This document shows, in pieces, positions 24,757 to 37,800 of a stretch of 64,000 nt of DNA. How positions within the stretch are numbered: the stretch's first letter is position 1; each line of letters starts with the position of its first letter. The DNA lies in NCBI GenBank assembly GCA_002269645.1, contig NIVC01000301.1, forward strand, positions 294,460-358,459, in the 5' to 3' direction. The notes under the pieces are model-generated. The model saw only the letters and a list, made by a program, of their open reading frames with translations. It did no database searches and was not told the origin of the DNA. The DNA comes from Macrostomum lignano. Taxonomy: Eukaryota. Position numbers and translations under genes: made by a program.

Positions 24757-25640
24757 TTGGTCAGATCCCGTCTGAATTGGTCAGATCCAGTCTGTATTGG
24801 TCAGATCCAGTCTGTATTGGTCAGTTCCAGTCTGTATTGGTCAGATCCAGTCTGTATTGGTCAGATCCCGTCTGAATTGGTCAGATCCAGTCTGTATTGG
24901 TCAGTTCCAGTCTGTATTGGTCAGATCCAGTCTGTATTGGTCAGATCTAGTCTGTATTGGTCAGATCCAGTCTGTATTGGTCAGATCCAGTCTGTATTGG
25001 TCAGTTCCAGTCTGTATTGGTCAGATCCAGTCTGTATTGGTCAGTTCCAGTCTGTATTGGTCAGATCTAGTCTGTATTGGTCAGATCCAGTCTGTATTGG
25101 TCAGTTCCAGTCTGTATTGGTCAGTTCCAGTCTGTATTGGTCAGTTCCAGTCTGTATTGGTCAGATCCAGTCTGTATTGGTCAGATCCAGTCTGTATTAG
25201 TCAGATCTAGTCTGTATTGGTCAGATCCAGTCTGTATTGGTCAGTTCCAGTCTGTATTGGTCAGATCCAGTCTGTATTGGTCAGATCCAGTCTGTATTGG
25301 TCAGATCTAGTCTGTATTGGTCAGATCCAGTCTGTATTGGTCAGTTCCAGTCTGTATTGGTCAGATCCAGTCTGTATTGGTCAGATCCAGTCTGTATTGG
25401 TCAGATCCAGTCTGTATTGGTCAGATCCAGTCTGTATTGGTCAGATCTAGTCTGTATTGGTCATATCTAGTCTGTATTGGTCATATCTAGTCTGTATTGG
25501 TCAGATCCAGTCTGTATTGGTCAGATCCAGTCTGTATTGGTCAGATCTAGTCTGTATTGGTCATATCTAGTCTGTATTGGTCAGATCCAGTCTGTATTGG
25601 TCAGATCCAGTCTGTATTGGTCAGATCTAGTCTGTATTTG
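24757..25640. repeat. 20-bp minisatellite
   Basis: tcagatccagtctgtattgg, about 44 copies. Confidence 0.95.
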
Positions 25641-27072
25641 TCAAAAACTGAGTTGCGGACGCATTTGATTGGATGCAGCAGAATGCGTGCTGGGTGTTCA
25701 GTTCACAAGGGTTTTACCGGCGGTTGCAATTTTTGCCTTTAATTTTTATTTATTTTTTTCGGCGGCCCGTCATTTCGCGGTGGGTCACTGAATTCGAACA
25801 TTTTTCTGTGCTCTTCGAAGCAACAGCAAGCAGTTTGGGTGCTGAATAAGTAATAAAAACTCTTTAACATTGCGCTGAGGGCGGCAGAGAAGCAGAATCT
25901 GCTAGCAAGGAGGAACAGCAAGGAGCGACAGCAAAAGCAGACGATAAAAAGCGGGAAATTTCTACTACGAAGAGAGGAAAAAACTTCTAGAAAGAAGCAT
26001 TCGCCGCCTGTACACAGTATCACAAATATCTGCGCTGAGGTGGGCGTCGGGCCTCGGGCGGCCGACACGCACTTTTAAACACACAATTAATCATCATCAA
26101 TTAGAATAAGTGAAAAGTACACGCGATAAGAGCATAAAAATAGCTGATTATAAAGTACGGGTGCGATGGCTGTCTTTGATTTCAGCGGCGCTTAAAAAAT
26201 TTCCGGAATTTTCAAAACTTATGGAACGCCGTTCGAAAAAATATATGTCAAGCAAAATCTATACGGGCAGTGCTGTGTTTTCCAGGAAATCTTTCTAATT
26301 CAAATTCGCGCCAGTTCGATAAATTTTTTAATCGGCACTCTCTGGATCTGGATCTGGTATCTGTACTGTTATCTATATATTTTAATGTAGCAGAATAAAT
26401 TATTTATAACAGATCGCTGGTTTGATTGAATTTCAAAAATAAAAAATGTATGATTTCCGGAATTATGGCGCGAATTTGAATTTTAACAAAATCCTCTGGC
26501 ATGAAGTGCGTTAACTAAAATCGACTATCTAGGGTTACAACATGGGACTTGATTCTCGGCTGACTGGTTCAACTTGGGGATTCGGGCTGCTTCAAATATC
26601 CTTCGCGAGCCTGAAAGTTTCGTAGCTTTTAGCTCTTAGATTCGTTTCATTTGCAGGTGGGCGCAGAGTTAGAAAGCAATAGACGGAGAGAAGCGCATTT
26701 AGACGGGGCCGAATCTAAAAAAAACAAACCGGGGGTCACGTGACCGACACATGCCTTGCGTGCAGGTTTGGAACTGCGGGGCGCAGGGCAGGGAGGTGTT
26801 AAAACAGACCAAATATACGGATTTGCAATCACTGTGACGGACACGAAGCAACAGTAGCATGTTTCAGTAGTATAGAGCACTGGGCTAAAGTTGAAAATAT
26901 GTTAGCAATAATTGTCATCCTAATACATTGTTATTTTTAACTGTTAAAATAAGTAAAATCTGCGCATTGGTTCTACTAACAGTAGTCTGCTAACTTCTGC
27001 AACAGTTGAATAAAATAATGGGTTATGTAATTGTTGTAATAAACGAATTCTCAGTTTAACAGTCAATTTGAT

Positions 27073-27215
27073 CGGTCACTCCAGCAGTCGGTTACTCCAG
27101 CAGTCGGTCACTCCAGCAGTCGGTTACTCCAGCAGTCGGTCACTCCAGCGGTCGGTCACTCCAGCAGTCGGTCACTCCAGCAGTCGGTCACTCCAGCGGT
27201 CGGTCACTCCAGCAG
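27073..27215. repeat. 16-bp repeat overlapping the synaptotagmin stop codon
   Basis: tcactccagcagtcgg, about 9 copies; the last copy is the coding end CTG CTG GAG TGA. Confidence 0.9.
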
Positions 27216-30200
27216 ACGGTGCCACTCGGCGATCTGCTTCCTCGGGCAGTTCATCACCTCCTGCCAGTGCTTGTCAGGCAGGTCGCCCTTGGCCAAGCCG
27301 AGCTCCAGGCGGCCGATCACTTCGTTCTTGGTCACTCGGTCCCAGTCCAGCACCAGCAGCTCCAGGGACAGCTGGTGCAGGCCCTCGTTTGGCGGCACCT
27401 CGAACACGAAGGACTCGTTGTACACCGGGTTCAGCGTGCGCTTCTTCACGTGGGTCTTCTTCTTGGCGATCCGCTGTCCGTTGTACAGCAGGTACAGCTT
27501 CACGTACGGGTCACCTGTGGGGGACGGTTTGAGTTCTGGCATCTCTAACCGGCCCTTTCTCTCCCTGATCCATTCTCTCCCTGACTCTTTCTCTCCCTGA
27601 CCCATTCTCTCCCTGACCCATTCTCTCCCTGACCCTTTCTCTCCCTGACCCATTCTCTCCCTGACCCATTCTCTCCCTGAACCTTTCTCTCCCTGACCCA
27701 TTCTCTCCCTGACTCTTTCTCTCCCTGACCCATTCTCTCCCTGACCCATTCTCTCCCTGACCCATTCTCTTACTGACCCATTCTCTCCCTGATCCATTCT
27801 CTCCTTGACCCATTCTCTCCCTGACCCATTCTCTTCCTTACCCTTTCTCTCCCTGACCCATTCTCTTACTGACCCATTCTCTCCCTGATCCATTCTCTCC
27901 TTGACCCATTCTCTCCCTGACCCATTCTCTTCCTTACCCTTTCTCTCCCTGACCCATTCTCTTCCTGACCCATTCTCTCCCTGATCCATTCTCTCCTTGA
28001 CCTTTCTCTCCCTGACCCATTCTCTTCCTGACCCTTTCTCTCCCTGATCCATTCTCTCCTTGACCTTTCTCTCCCTGACCCATTCTCTTCCTGACCCTTT
28101 CTCTCCCTGACCCATTCTCTCCCTGACCCATTCTCTCCCTGACCCATTCTCTCCCTGACCCTTTCTCTCCATGACCCTTTCTCTCCCTGACCCATTCTTT
28201 ACCTGACCCATTCTCTCCATGACCCTTTCTCTCCCTGACCCATTCTCTCCATGACCCATTCTCTCCCTGACCATTTCTCTCCCTGACCCATTCTTTACCT
28301 GACCCATTCTCCGTGACCCATTTTCTCAGAAATATTTCCCTGCCACAAATTTCCTGACTCATCAGGTCCTGCCCGTGCTCAGGTGTAGCAGGTAGCTTTT
28401 GGGTCTTATTTAATGAGCACCTGATACCTCAAACCGCAATAAATTCCTAGCTGAAATTATTTTTAGCCAGCAATTGTCGAATCCTAATTTGGTTCCTCCG
28501 CAGCCACCGCTATGGGTTGCATTGTCCTTGGATTGCAACTGCCTGACAATGCGCTCAGTCTGTGGGTTTCTGAATTTGACAGTCCTGAGCGGGGGGACAG
28601 GGGGGGGGGGCGCTGAGAGCCACCAGCACTAATTGATTAACTTCCCGGCCCTGCTGAGGTCCGCATACCGGCTCCCGGAGTTGCCAGCTCAGGTCAGGAG
28701 TGAGGAGGGGAACAAATCCCAGTTGCCGGGTCCCGAACTTCCCAGAATGCAAATTTTCGACCTCCACTTCAGTCTCGCGTTTCGCGGGCCCCGGGCATCT
28801 CAGCCTCAGTGCCGAGTGAATGCGGAACTGGGCTTTGGAGGGGGAGGGATGGTCGAGATGGCGAGACCGCGGAGGCTGGGAGGCCACATCTAAATTTAGC
28901 CGCATCAGCCCAGACGGCTGTGTAATGAAAGAAGCGGGGAGCGGAGCTGCTTGGCATGGGGAACTGGGGAGCAGGGCTTGTTTGCGCGGCAAGGGCGGCC
29001 GCACTGCACTTTACTTTCGTGGAAATGGGAAGAAATAAGAGAAGAACTGATGGGAGTTAAGGGGGGTGGTCGCTGCGCCTCGCCGGCTCAGGCACGCGCG
29101 GGGACTGCAGCCTCAATTATTAATGGCCCACAGGCTCCTCCTTCCCCGTCTCAACCCCCCCCCAGGAGTCTGAGTTCCCAATTTCTCGTGTCTTGGTATT
29201 GATTTGAGGCTGGCGGGCTTGCGGTTTGCAGCTGAGATGGGGATCTGTGGGATTTCAGCCCCCCCTGCTCCTTTGTCCTCCCCTGCAGGTGTATCAGTGC
29301 TTGCCGCCCAGCCTCCCCGCGGTTCATCATTATGTTGCGTGTACTTCAACGAAAATGCCAGCGGAAAATTCCATCTGTCAAGGTCGCAGAGAAAGCAAAA
29401 GGCAGGCTAACGCCCGCTGGGAAGGGTATTGAGTAAGGGGGAAGGGGGAGGAGGGAGAGGCTTGAGTAGGCCTGGCTCATCTGCGCCTCGTACGAAGTTC
29501 TTGAGTTTTCACTACAGAGCAAGCTTAGTACAGGTTTACAGCTTTACAGTTTTACAGGTGGATTGATGGGTGGATGGGTGGGTGGATGGGTGGGTGGATG
29601 GGTGGGTGGGTGGATGGGTGGATGAATGGATGGTGGATGGGTGGGTGGATGGGTGGATGGGTGGGTGGATGGGTGGATGGGTGGATGAATGGATGGTGGA
29701 TGGGTGGATGGATGGGTGGGTGGGTGGGTGGATGGGTGGATGGGTGGATGGATGGGTGGGTGGATGGATGGGTGGGTGGGTGGGTGGGTGGATGGGTGGA
29801 TGGGTGGATGGATGGGTGGATGGGTGGGTGGATGGGTGGGTGGATGGGTGGGTGGATGGGTGGATGGGTGGGTGGATGGATGGGTGGGTAGGTGGGTGGA
29901 TGGGGGATCTGAGCCATTCGGCCACACACCTGCCAGTCCGGTGACGTCCATCTTCGGCAGGTTCCTGGCCTTGAGCACCACGGCGGTGAGGCGGCTGGCG
30001 GCGGGCTGGTAGCAGAGGCTGACCAGCAGCTCTCCCCGGTTCTGATTGCGGATCTGCAAGAAAGAAATGCAAAATAGCAGTGGAAAATTTTTCACTGAGC
30101 CAGGATAAGGCTCAGCTGAAGCCGCTCACCTTGAACTGCCGGGGCTGGATTTCGCGGGTGATGGAGAACGGGTCGTCCTGCGGGTCCATGTCGCCCAGTG

Positions 30201-30903
30201 GGAACAGAACCTCGCCGATGATCTCGTCGCGCGAGAAGCGGTCGAAGCTCAGCACCACGAAGTGCAGGCTGGTGGCGCGCATCTGGCCCGGCTTGACCCC
30301 GTAGAAGCTGAAGGTCTCCTCGTACACCGGACTGCAGGTGCGCCTGAGCACCCGCGTCTTCACTTTGTGCCGCTTCTCCGGCAGCAGCTGCAGTTTCACG
30401 TAGGGATCGGCGGCGCCCGGCGCCTGCGGATCTCGCGAAGGCAGGTCGTCGCAGCGAATCACCGTTACCAGCAGCGTCTGCTTGACCTTGTCGTAGAGGA
30501 CAGAAAAGGTCAAGGTTCCCAGCTGCTGCTGTTCCCCCGGTTGCTGCGACAGTCGCTGCAGCCGCTGCTGTGGGTCGCCATCCGCCGGCGAGCTGCCCTC
30601 CGACATCATCTGCACCGGGTCCCTGGCGTCCGGCGACATCGACGAGGAGCTGCCACCGCGGCTGCCGCGGCCAGCCACCTTTTGCTGCTGCTGCTGCTGC
30701 TGCTGCAACGACAGCGAGCGGCTGAGGCTGCGCTCGCGACTCTCCTCTGCCAGGCCGCGACGGATCGCGCTGGTCAGCCGGCGGCCCGGCGCCTCCTCCC
30801 GGCGTCGCTTCAGCGTCCGGTAGCCGAAGGCGGCCAGGCCGGCCACGGCGAACACCGCCGCCACCGTCAGGCCGATGATGGCGCCGATGCTCAGGCCGCC
30901 GAG
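27204..30903 (-). CDS. Syt4: Synaptotagmin-4/11 family; exons 30903-30130, 30053-29930, 27514-27204; probable extra 27-nt 5' micro-exon 31357-31331; start codon not found
   Basis: N-terminal TM segment ([23 protein letters not shown]), C2A with the Syt4/11-diagnostic Asp-to-Ser change ([11 protein letters not shown]), C2[17 protein letters not shown]...TGLAGDPYVK...[19 protein letters not shown]...[11 protein letters not shown]...QIAEWH. Exon phases are consistent (1209 nt). Confidence 0.92.
27545..28325. repeat. 16-bp minisatellite in the last synaptotagmin intron
   Basis: cccattctctccctga. Confidence 0.95.
29559..29902. repeat. (GGAT/GGGT)n microsatellite
   Basis: Direct reading. Confidence 0.95.
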
Positions 30904-30939
30904 CTGAGCGGCTGGGTGAGAGAGAGATGTGGTTAGTTA

Positions 30940-31295
<356 letters not shown>

Positions 31296-32299
31296 TAGCT
31301 GACACGACAATTCAGACTTGAGCCACTCACCGCCTTGAGCCAGTGGGGCCATTCAGCTGCTAAAGTCGCTCTCTGCTCTGAGCAGCTGTCAATCTGAACC
31401 TGTCTGTAGCAGTAAGTCTCCGTCTTCGTCCTTAAAAGCCAATTCGATCGCTAGGGTGCTCAGCTCCAGTTGCTAGTCGACGACTTGAACTCGGGATGAT
31501 GGAGCTGGAGGAGGGCAAGATGCACTGCGCTTATATTTATGGCGACGCTACCGAACTCTCGCGGGTGATCGATGTCTCACAGTGTGTGCAGCAGGGGGGG
31601 GGAGGCGGCCTCCTCAGCGCGCCATGACTGATTGGATGGTGCGAAGGATTGGGCGGCGGGGCAGGCGCTGCACTTGGCGAGTGCCGAGCGATCGATTTTT
31701 TTGAGCCTCGGAGGCCGGAGGAGCACCGAGGAACGCGGCGGGGGGGGTGGCCAAGGCGAGACCGGCTTCTCCCGGTAAGAAGAGATGAAGAAGGCGAAAC
31801 AGAAAGAGAGAGGCTGGAAGAGATAGATGGAGGAGCTTGGAGTGGCTGCGAGATTGAAGAGGGAGATGTAAAGAGTGAGCTGGCTAAAAATAGCTGCAGC
31901 AGGGCGGGGGGGCAGTGAGAGCTCTCAGGGCTCAGGCCAGCAGGGAAGAGGGGAGCCCAGCCAAGCATGGCATCTCTGTCTCTCCTGAGCTTGGAGACGG
32001 GGAGCAGGAGGGCAGGGACTCAGCCCCCCCCCCTCACTCATTTTTGCGTGTTTTTCTGGTGTCCCCAACGCAGCAGTGGGCCGGCTGCTCACCGGAGCAG
32101 CTTGATGGAGGCCAGCGGGGTGGAAAAAAGAGGAGCCCAAGTCCAACTGCTGAGGCCTGAACGGAAGAATTGGGGGCAGAGAGGCAGGCTGCGGCGACCG
32201 TTCTCCATCGCCTTGATGGCCGAGATAGGCAGCTGGGAGAGCCGCCGCCCTGCGGCAAACGATGGGGAAAGAGTGTTAATGAAATTCCTGCTGCCTCTG

Positions 32300-32785
32300 C
32301 TCACTCACTCACTCACTCACTCGCTCACTCACTCACTCCCTTACTCACTCACTCACTCACTCACTCACTCACTCACTCACTCACTCACTCACTCACTCAC
32401 TCACTCACTCCCTTACTCACTCACTCACTCACTCACTCACTCACTCACTCACTCACTCACTCACTCACTCACTCACTCACTCCCTTACTCACTCACTCAC
32501 TCACTCACTCACTCACTCACTCACTCACTCACTCACTCACTCACTCACTCACTCACTCACTCACTCACTCACTCACTCACTCACTCACTCACTCACTCAC
32601 TCACTCACTCACTCACTCACTCACTCACTCACTCACTCACTCACTCACTCACTCACTCACTCACTCACTCACTCACTCACTCACTCACTCACTCACTCAC
32701 TCACTCACTCACTCACTCACTCACTCACTCACTCACTCACTCACTCACTCGCTCACTCACTCACTCACTCACTCACTCACTCACT
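32300..32785. repeat. (CACT)n microsatellite, (GTGA)n on the minus strand
   Basis: Direct reading. Confidence 0.97.
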
Positions 32786-33379
32786 TGTTCGACATAAATC
32801 AAGTACCAAGTGGTGTAGAACAAGGTCAAACGGTCACACACACCCAGAATCCCTTCAGCTCACAAATACCTCATCATTTGCAGGCCATCTATTTCTCATA
32901 GCTTGCGTCGGCAGTTGCCAGAGCCCACCGGCCCACTGAAGTGAGCTGGGTGCTGGGATGTTCCACGCGGCTCCCATGGCTGCAGAAAGCTTTATTGACA
33001 TTGGAACAGGTTTTTTAATGCATTTTTCTGACCCAAGCCCTTGGCTTTACTCTCTCTCCCCCAACAGTTAATCCACTGGGAGCTCTCTGAGCTGTGTGAG
33101 GTCTCTGAGCTGTGTTGAATTCACAATATTGAGCGTCACCGCGTCACTTCGCTCCATTTCTACCTGACGTGCGCAACGAAACAAGATAAAAATTGCAGCA
33201 ATCTTCTCTGCCGAAATCGAATATAATTGGCCAATTACAGTTCGCTACCTCAATTTCAAAGCCGAATGCAGGTGGGCAGAGAGGCTCTGGCATCACAGTC
33301 AGGCAATTTGGGAGGATTGGCTCTCGATCTGCGGGGCAATTTTAGCATTTAGGCTCACCGACATCCCACGTCACCACAT

Positions 33380-33730
33380 CAGGACTCAGTCACCCAGGAC
33401 TCAGTCAACCAGCACTCAGGAGTCAGGCACCCAGGACTCAGTCACCCAGGATTCAGTCACACAGGACTCAGTCATTCAGGACTCAGTCACCCAGGATCCA
33501 CTCACTCAGGACTCATTCAGTCAGGACCAACTCACTCAGGACTCTGTCATCCAGGACTCAGTCACTCAGGACTCAGTCACTCAGGACTCAGTCACTCAGG
33601 ACTCAGTCACTCAGGACTCAATCACTCGGGACTCAGTCACCCAGGACTCAGTCACTCAGGACTCAGTCACCCAGGACTCAGTCACTCAGGACTCAGTCAC
33701 TCAGGACTCAGTCACCCAGGACTCACTCAC
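33380..33730. repeat. 15-bp minisatellite
   Basis: caggactcagtcact. Confidence 0.9.
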
Positions 33731-34807
33731 CTAGGAGTTGCCCTCAGTAGACTCAAAAAGGCAGTTGAGCTCATGTGAAACAGGATCTTCAATAAGCAGT
33801 TTTTTTCTTATCCAACTCGCATATTCCAGCAATACTACTTTCCAGAAAATAAGTAATAAACGTGAATCCTGGCGTGACGCATAACCGTACTTTACAATAA
33901 CTGTGAACAACACTAGGAAGCCGCTTATCGCACGGGAAGCACTGGGTAGCAACAGAGATCCGCTCTCGTCCCCGTCTGCTCCCCCCGCCGCTCTGCTCAG
34001 GGCTTGCCGATGGGATTCTAATTAGGGAAATTGCACCTGTGCCGCCTGCCGAGGCCTCGCCTTAATTATCCCAACCTCTTGCCCGGCCTGGGCGGCGGCT
34101 CACAGCAAGATGAAGCCTTTCAGCCTCCGGGATGAAGCAAATTACAGCTAGTAGGGGAGCGGCCGCCCCATCTCAGTCTTTTTTCACTCTCTACGTCTTT
34201 TGTTTGAAAGGAACCCCGTTCTTTTCTAACAACCTCTGCTTCGTGCGGGTCATTGCGACTGTTTTAAACGGATTAAAATCCCCCCGCAATTGCAGTGGGG
34301 ATCAATGCAGCCGTCTGCTCCCCCCCCCCAATGCACAGCCACCACCAGCACCGCGGATTCCCGCTGGATTCTGGAAGATCATCCCCGGTCCTGATAAGGC
34401 ACTCGCACACGCGCACAGAGTGTCAAGCGGTCCTAAGAATCGCATCTCAGAAGCTGCCCAGCTGCCGAGCCCCTCCCCAGCCAATCAGAGGCCCTCAAGC
34501 TCGAGCAGCCGCAGCCGCAGCCGCTGCAGAGGTCTCCGGTTCCCACCTTGCTGCTGCCCCCCCCCCTGCCGCTCACTCGGCAGAAAAAGCTTGACGGAGG
34601 GGGGTGGGCCGGGCCGATGGCCGGGCAGGATTTGAAGCCCCCTCAGAGAGAAGGAAATCGCGCAGCTCTCAGCCACTACTTGGCCGCTTTGTCTTCGCTG
34701 ACCGCCCCGCCGCCCCGCCAGGCAAGCTAAATTGCACCTGTTGCTGCCGGCCCTCGAGCTGTCTAAGGAATTGCCCGCATTGTCGCCAGCTCACAGCCAC
34801 AGCCAGC

Positions 34808-37800
34808 ATGCAGTCTTGGGACTTCTGCGTGAAGCCGCGCCTGACCACGCTCACGAACACCCACAAGGTGGTCCGCGCCCGCCAGTCCACCTTCACGCCC
34901 AGCTGCCTGCAGAGGCTGAAGGCCTACCACGAGAGCTCCGCGGCGCACGTTGAGGCCAACGAATTCCTGCTGCTGCCCAGCGAGATTCTCCTGCCAGACT
35001 TTGTCTGCGAGGTCCGGCGCGGACCGCTGGGTGAGCAGCGGCGCGGTGCCCTCCTGGTGCTGGCCGACGGACTCCTGCTGATAGCGCAGGCCGAGCCAGT
35101 CGCCACCACCGCCGCCGCCGCCGCCGCCGCAGTCAACTGCGTTTCACCTGCGGGAGCTTCGTCGCCCGCTAGCGGCAGCGGCTCAGACGTGCTGGAGAGG
35201 TGGGCCACCCGCGGCGTCAGCCGCTCCGAGTGGCAGGCGGCCGCCCCCGGCCTCACGCCGCAGCTCACCCTCTGCCTGCACCGCTTCACCCTCGAGCTCA
35301 TCAGCGGCTTTTCCATCCTGCTGGCCGCGCCCGGCCTCACTCTGGAGCTCACCCCCATCACCTACAACTCGCAGAGCCTGTTCGAGCTGCTGTGCGCTCA
35401 CCGGGATCTGGACATCTGCGACCTGTTCATCAGCCTGCAGAGAGACGCCAAGCCCACCTACCTGGGCCTCGAATCACCGCGTCATGTCTCGCAGGCCTCC
35501 CTGCTGTCCCAGGTGCCGCTGTCGTCTAGCCCCTGCTCGACTAAATTCTTCAAGAAGAAATTTGACTCGCTCTGGGGCTACTTCAGCATCCGGGCCCCCA
35601 TCAATGAGAACTCCAAGATGTTCTACGGGGCTATCGCCAACCCCGATCTGGAGGGCAACTTGCAGGTAAAGCAGGACCTTCCCACACCCTGATCTAGTCT
35701 GTCCCACACCCTGATCTAGTCTGTCCCACACCCTGATCTAGTCTGTCCCACACCCTGATCTAGTCTGTCCCACACCCTGATCTAGTCTGTCCCACACCCT
35801 GATCTAGTCTGTCCCACACCCTGATCTAGTCTGTCCCACACCCTGATCTAGTCTGTCCCACACCCTGATCTAGTCTGTCCCACACCCTGATCTAGTCTGT
35901 CCCACACCCTGATCTAGTCTGTCCCACACCCTGATCTAGTCTGTCCCACACCCTGATGTATATATGATTATATCACCTGCCCTTCCCTACTAAAATCTCG
36001 CAGGTGACCCGCAAGGCCAAGTCGAAGCGCCAGAAGCTGTGGACGGTGCTGAAGGGCCAGACCGTGTACATGTTCAAGAAGCGATCGAGCGCTTGCAACG
36101 CCGAATACGAGGTGAACCTGGAGAACCTGAGCCAGCTAGAGGTGCAGGACGAGCCGGCCAAGGATCAGAACAAGCGGGAGCAGCAGCTGGCCTCGGCCAT
36201 GTCCATGAGCGGCGGCGGCATCAAGACTCTGGCGCTGCGCTTCGACAACTCAAAGAAGAGCGTCTACCTCACGCCGCTGGACCGGTTCGACTTCAAGCGC
36301 TGGGAGGAGGCGCTCAGGCGAGCGATGCTCGGCGAGAAGCGGCCGGACAAAGAGCGCTGTCTGGAGGGCGGCAGCAGCCTGCAGGCCAGGCGGATCTCCG
36401 GCCTGAGCAACTCCTTCCACAACCTGGCCTCGGCCAACAACAGCGGCCAGCAGTCACCGTCGTCGTATGCGAGGAAGGAGAGCAAACTGGGCCTGGGCAT
36501 TGTGAGTGGCTGCTGTATTTTCCAAGAAACCATTATCCAGTTTTTTAAAATAGTACATTCGCTCTGTGAGGATTATGAATGGCTCTTTGATTTCTAAGAA
36601 ATCCTTTGAAATGGGGGTTTCTAAGAAACACCATTATTTTATTGGATTTTGAAGAGCTAAACTGGGTTCTTGTTTCTAAGAAATCTTTTAAAATTCCTTT
36701 TTCTCAGAAACAATTATCATTCGTAGGAACTCATTAAAAATAGCTTTTTTTCAGAACCCTCTGTCTTATTTCTTTAAATAAGATTCTAAAAGGAAATTGA
36801 TCAAATAGTAAAACACCAGATGCACTAAAACTAGACTCAAATATTTCATAAAGTTGGAAATATTCTCAGGCCGCCGAGCTGCTCTAAAAAATCTGAAGCC
36901 GAACAAGCGAGCACTCGATGGCGTCGAGGAGCCCCGCTAATCCAGGCGCCTCGGGTCTGAGGAGCCTCCCGAGGGTCCAGGCCAGAATTTCGCGCTTGCA
37001 AATCCAATTCTGAGCCAACGGGCCTAATTAAAAGTGCATTGCGATCTGAGCTGCAAGATATGCATCTCCGAGCCTGATCCCTGCCCGCATGATGATGAGG
37101 TTGCGACTTGGGGGTGGAGCTGACAATGTCCACTGGATTGAGTCGGCTGGGCTCACAAGTGCCTGGGCTGCTTGATGCTCGACTGTGGGTGCAGGAATAG
37201 AATGGATTGCTAATCTAGCCTATCATGGATGCAGGAATAGAATGGATTGCTAATCTATCCTATCATGGGTGCAGGAATAGAATGGATTGCTAATCTAGCC
37301 TATCATGGATGCAGGAATAGAATGGATTGCTAATCTAGCCTATCATGGATGCAGGAATAGAATGGATTGCTAATCTATCCTATCATGGGTGCAGGAATAG
37401 AATGGATTGCTAATCTAGCCTATCATGGATGCAGGAATAGAATGGATTGCTAATCTAGCCTATCATGGATGCAGGAATAGAATGGATTGCTAATCTAGCC
37501 TATCATGGATGCAGGAATAGAATGGATTGCTAATCTAGCCTATCATGGGTGCAGGAATAGAATGGATTGCTAATCTAGCCTATCATGGATGCAGGAATAG
37601 AATGGATTGCTAATCTATCCTATCATGGGTGCAGGAATAGAATGGATTGCTAATCTAGCCTATCATGGATGCAGGAATAGAATGGATTGCTAATCTAGCC
37701 TATCACGGATGCAGGAATAGAATGGATTGCTAATCTAGCCTATCATGGGTGCAGGAATAGAATGGATTGCTAATCTAGCCTATCATGGATGCAGGAATAG

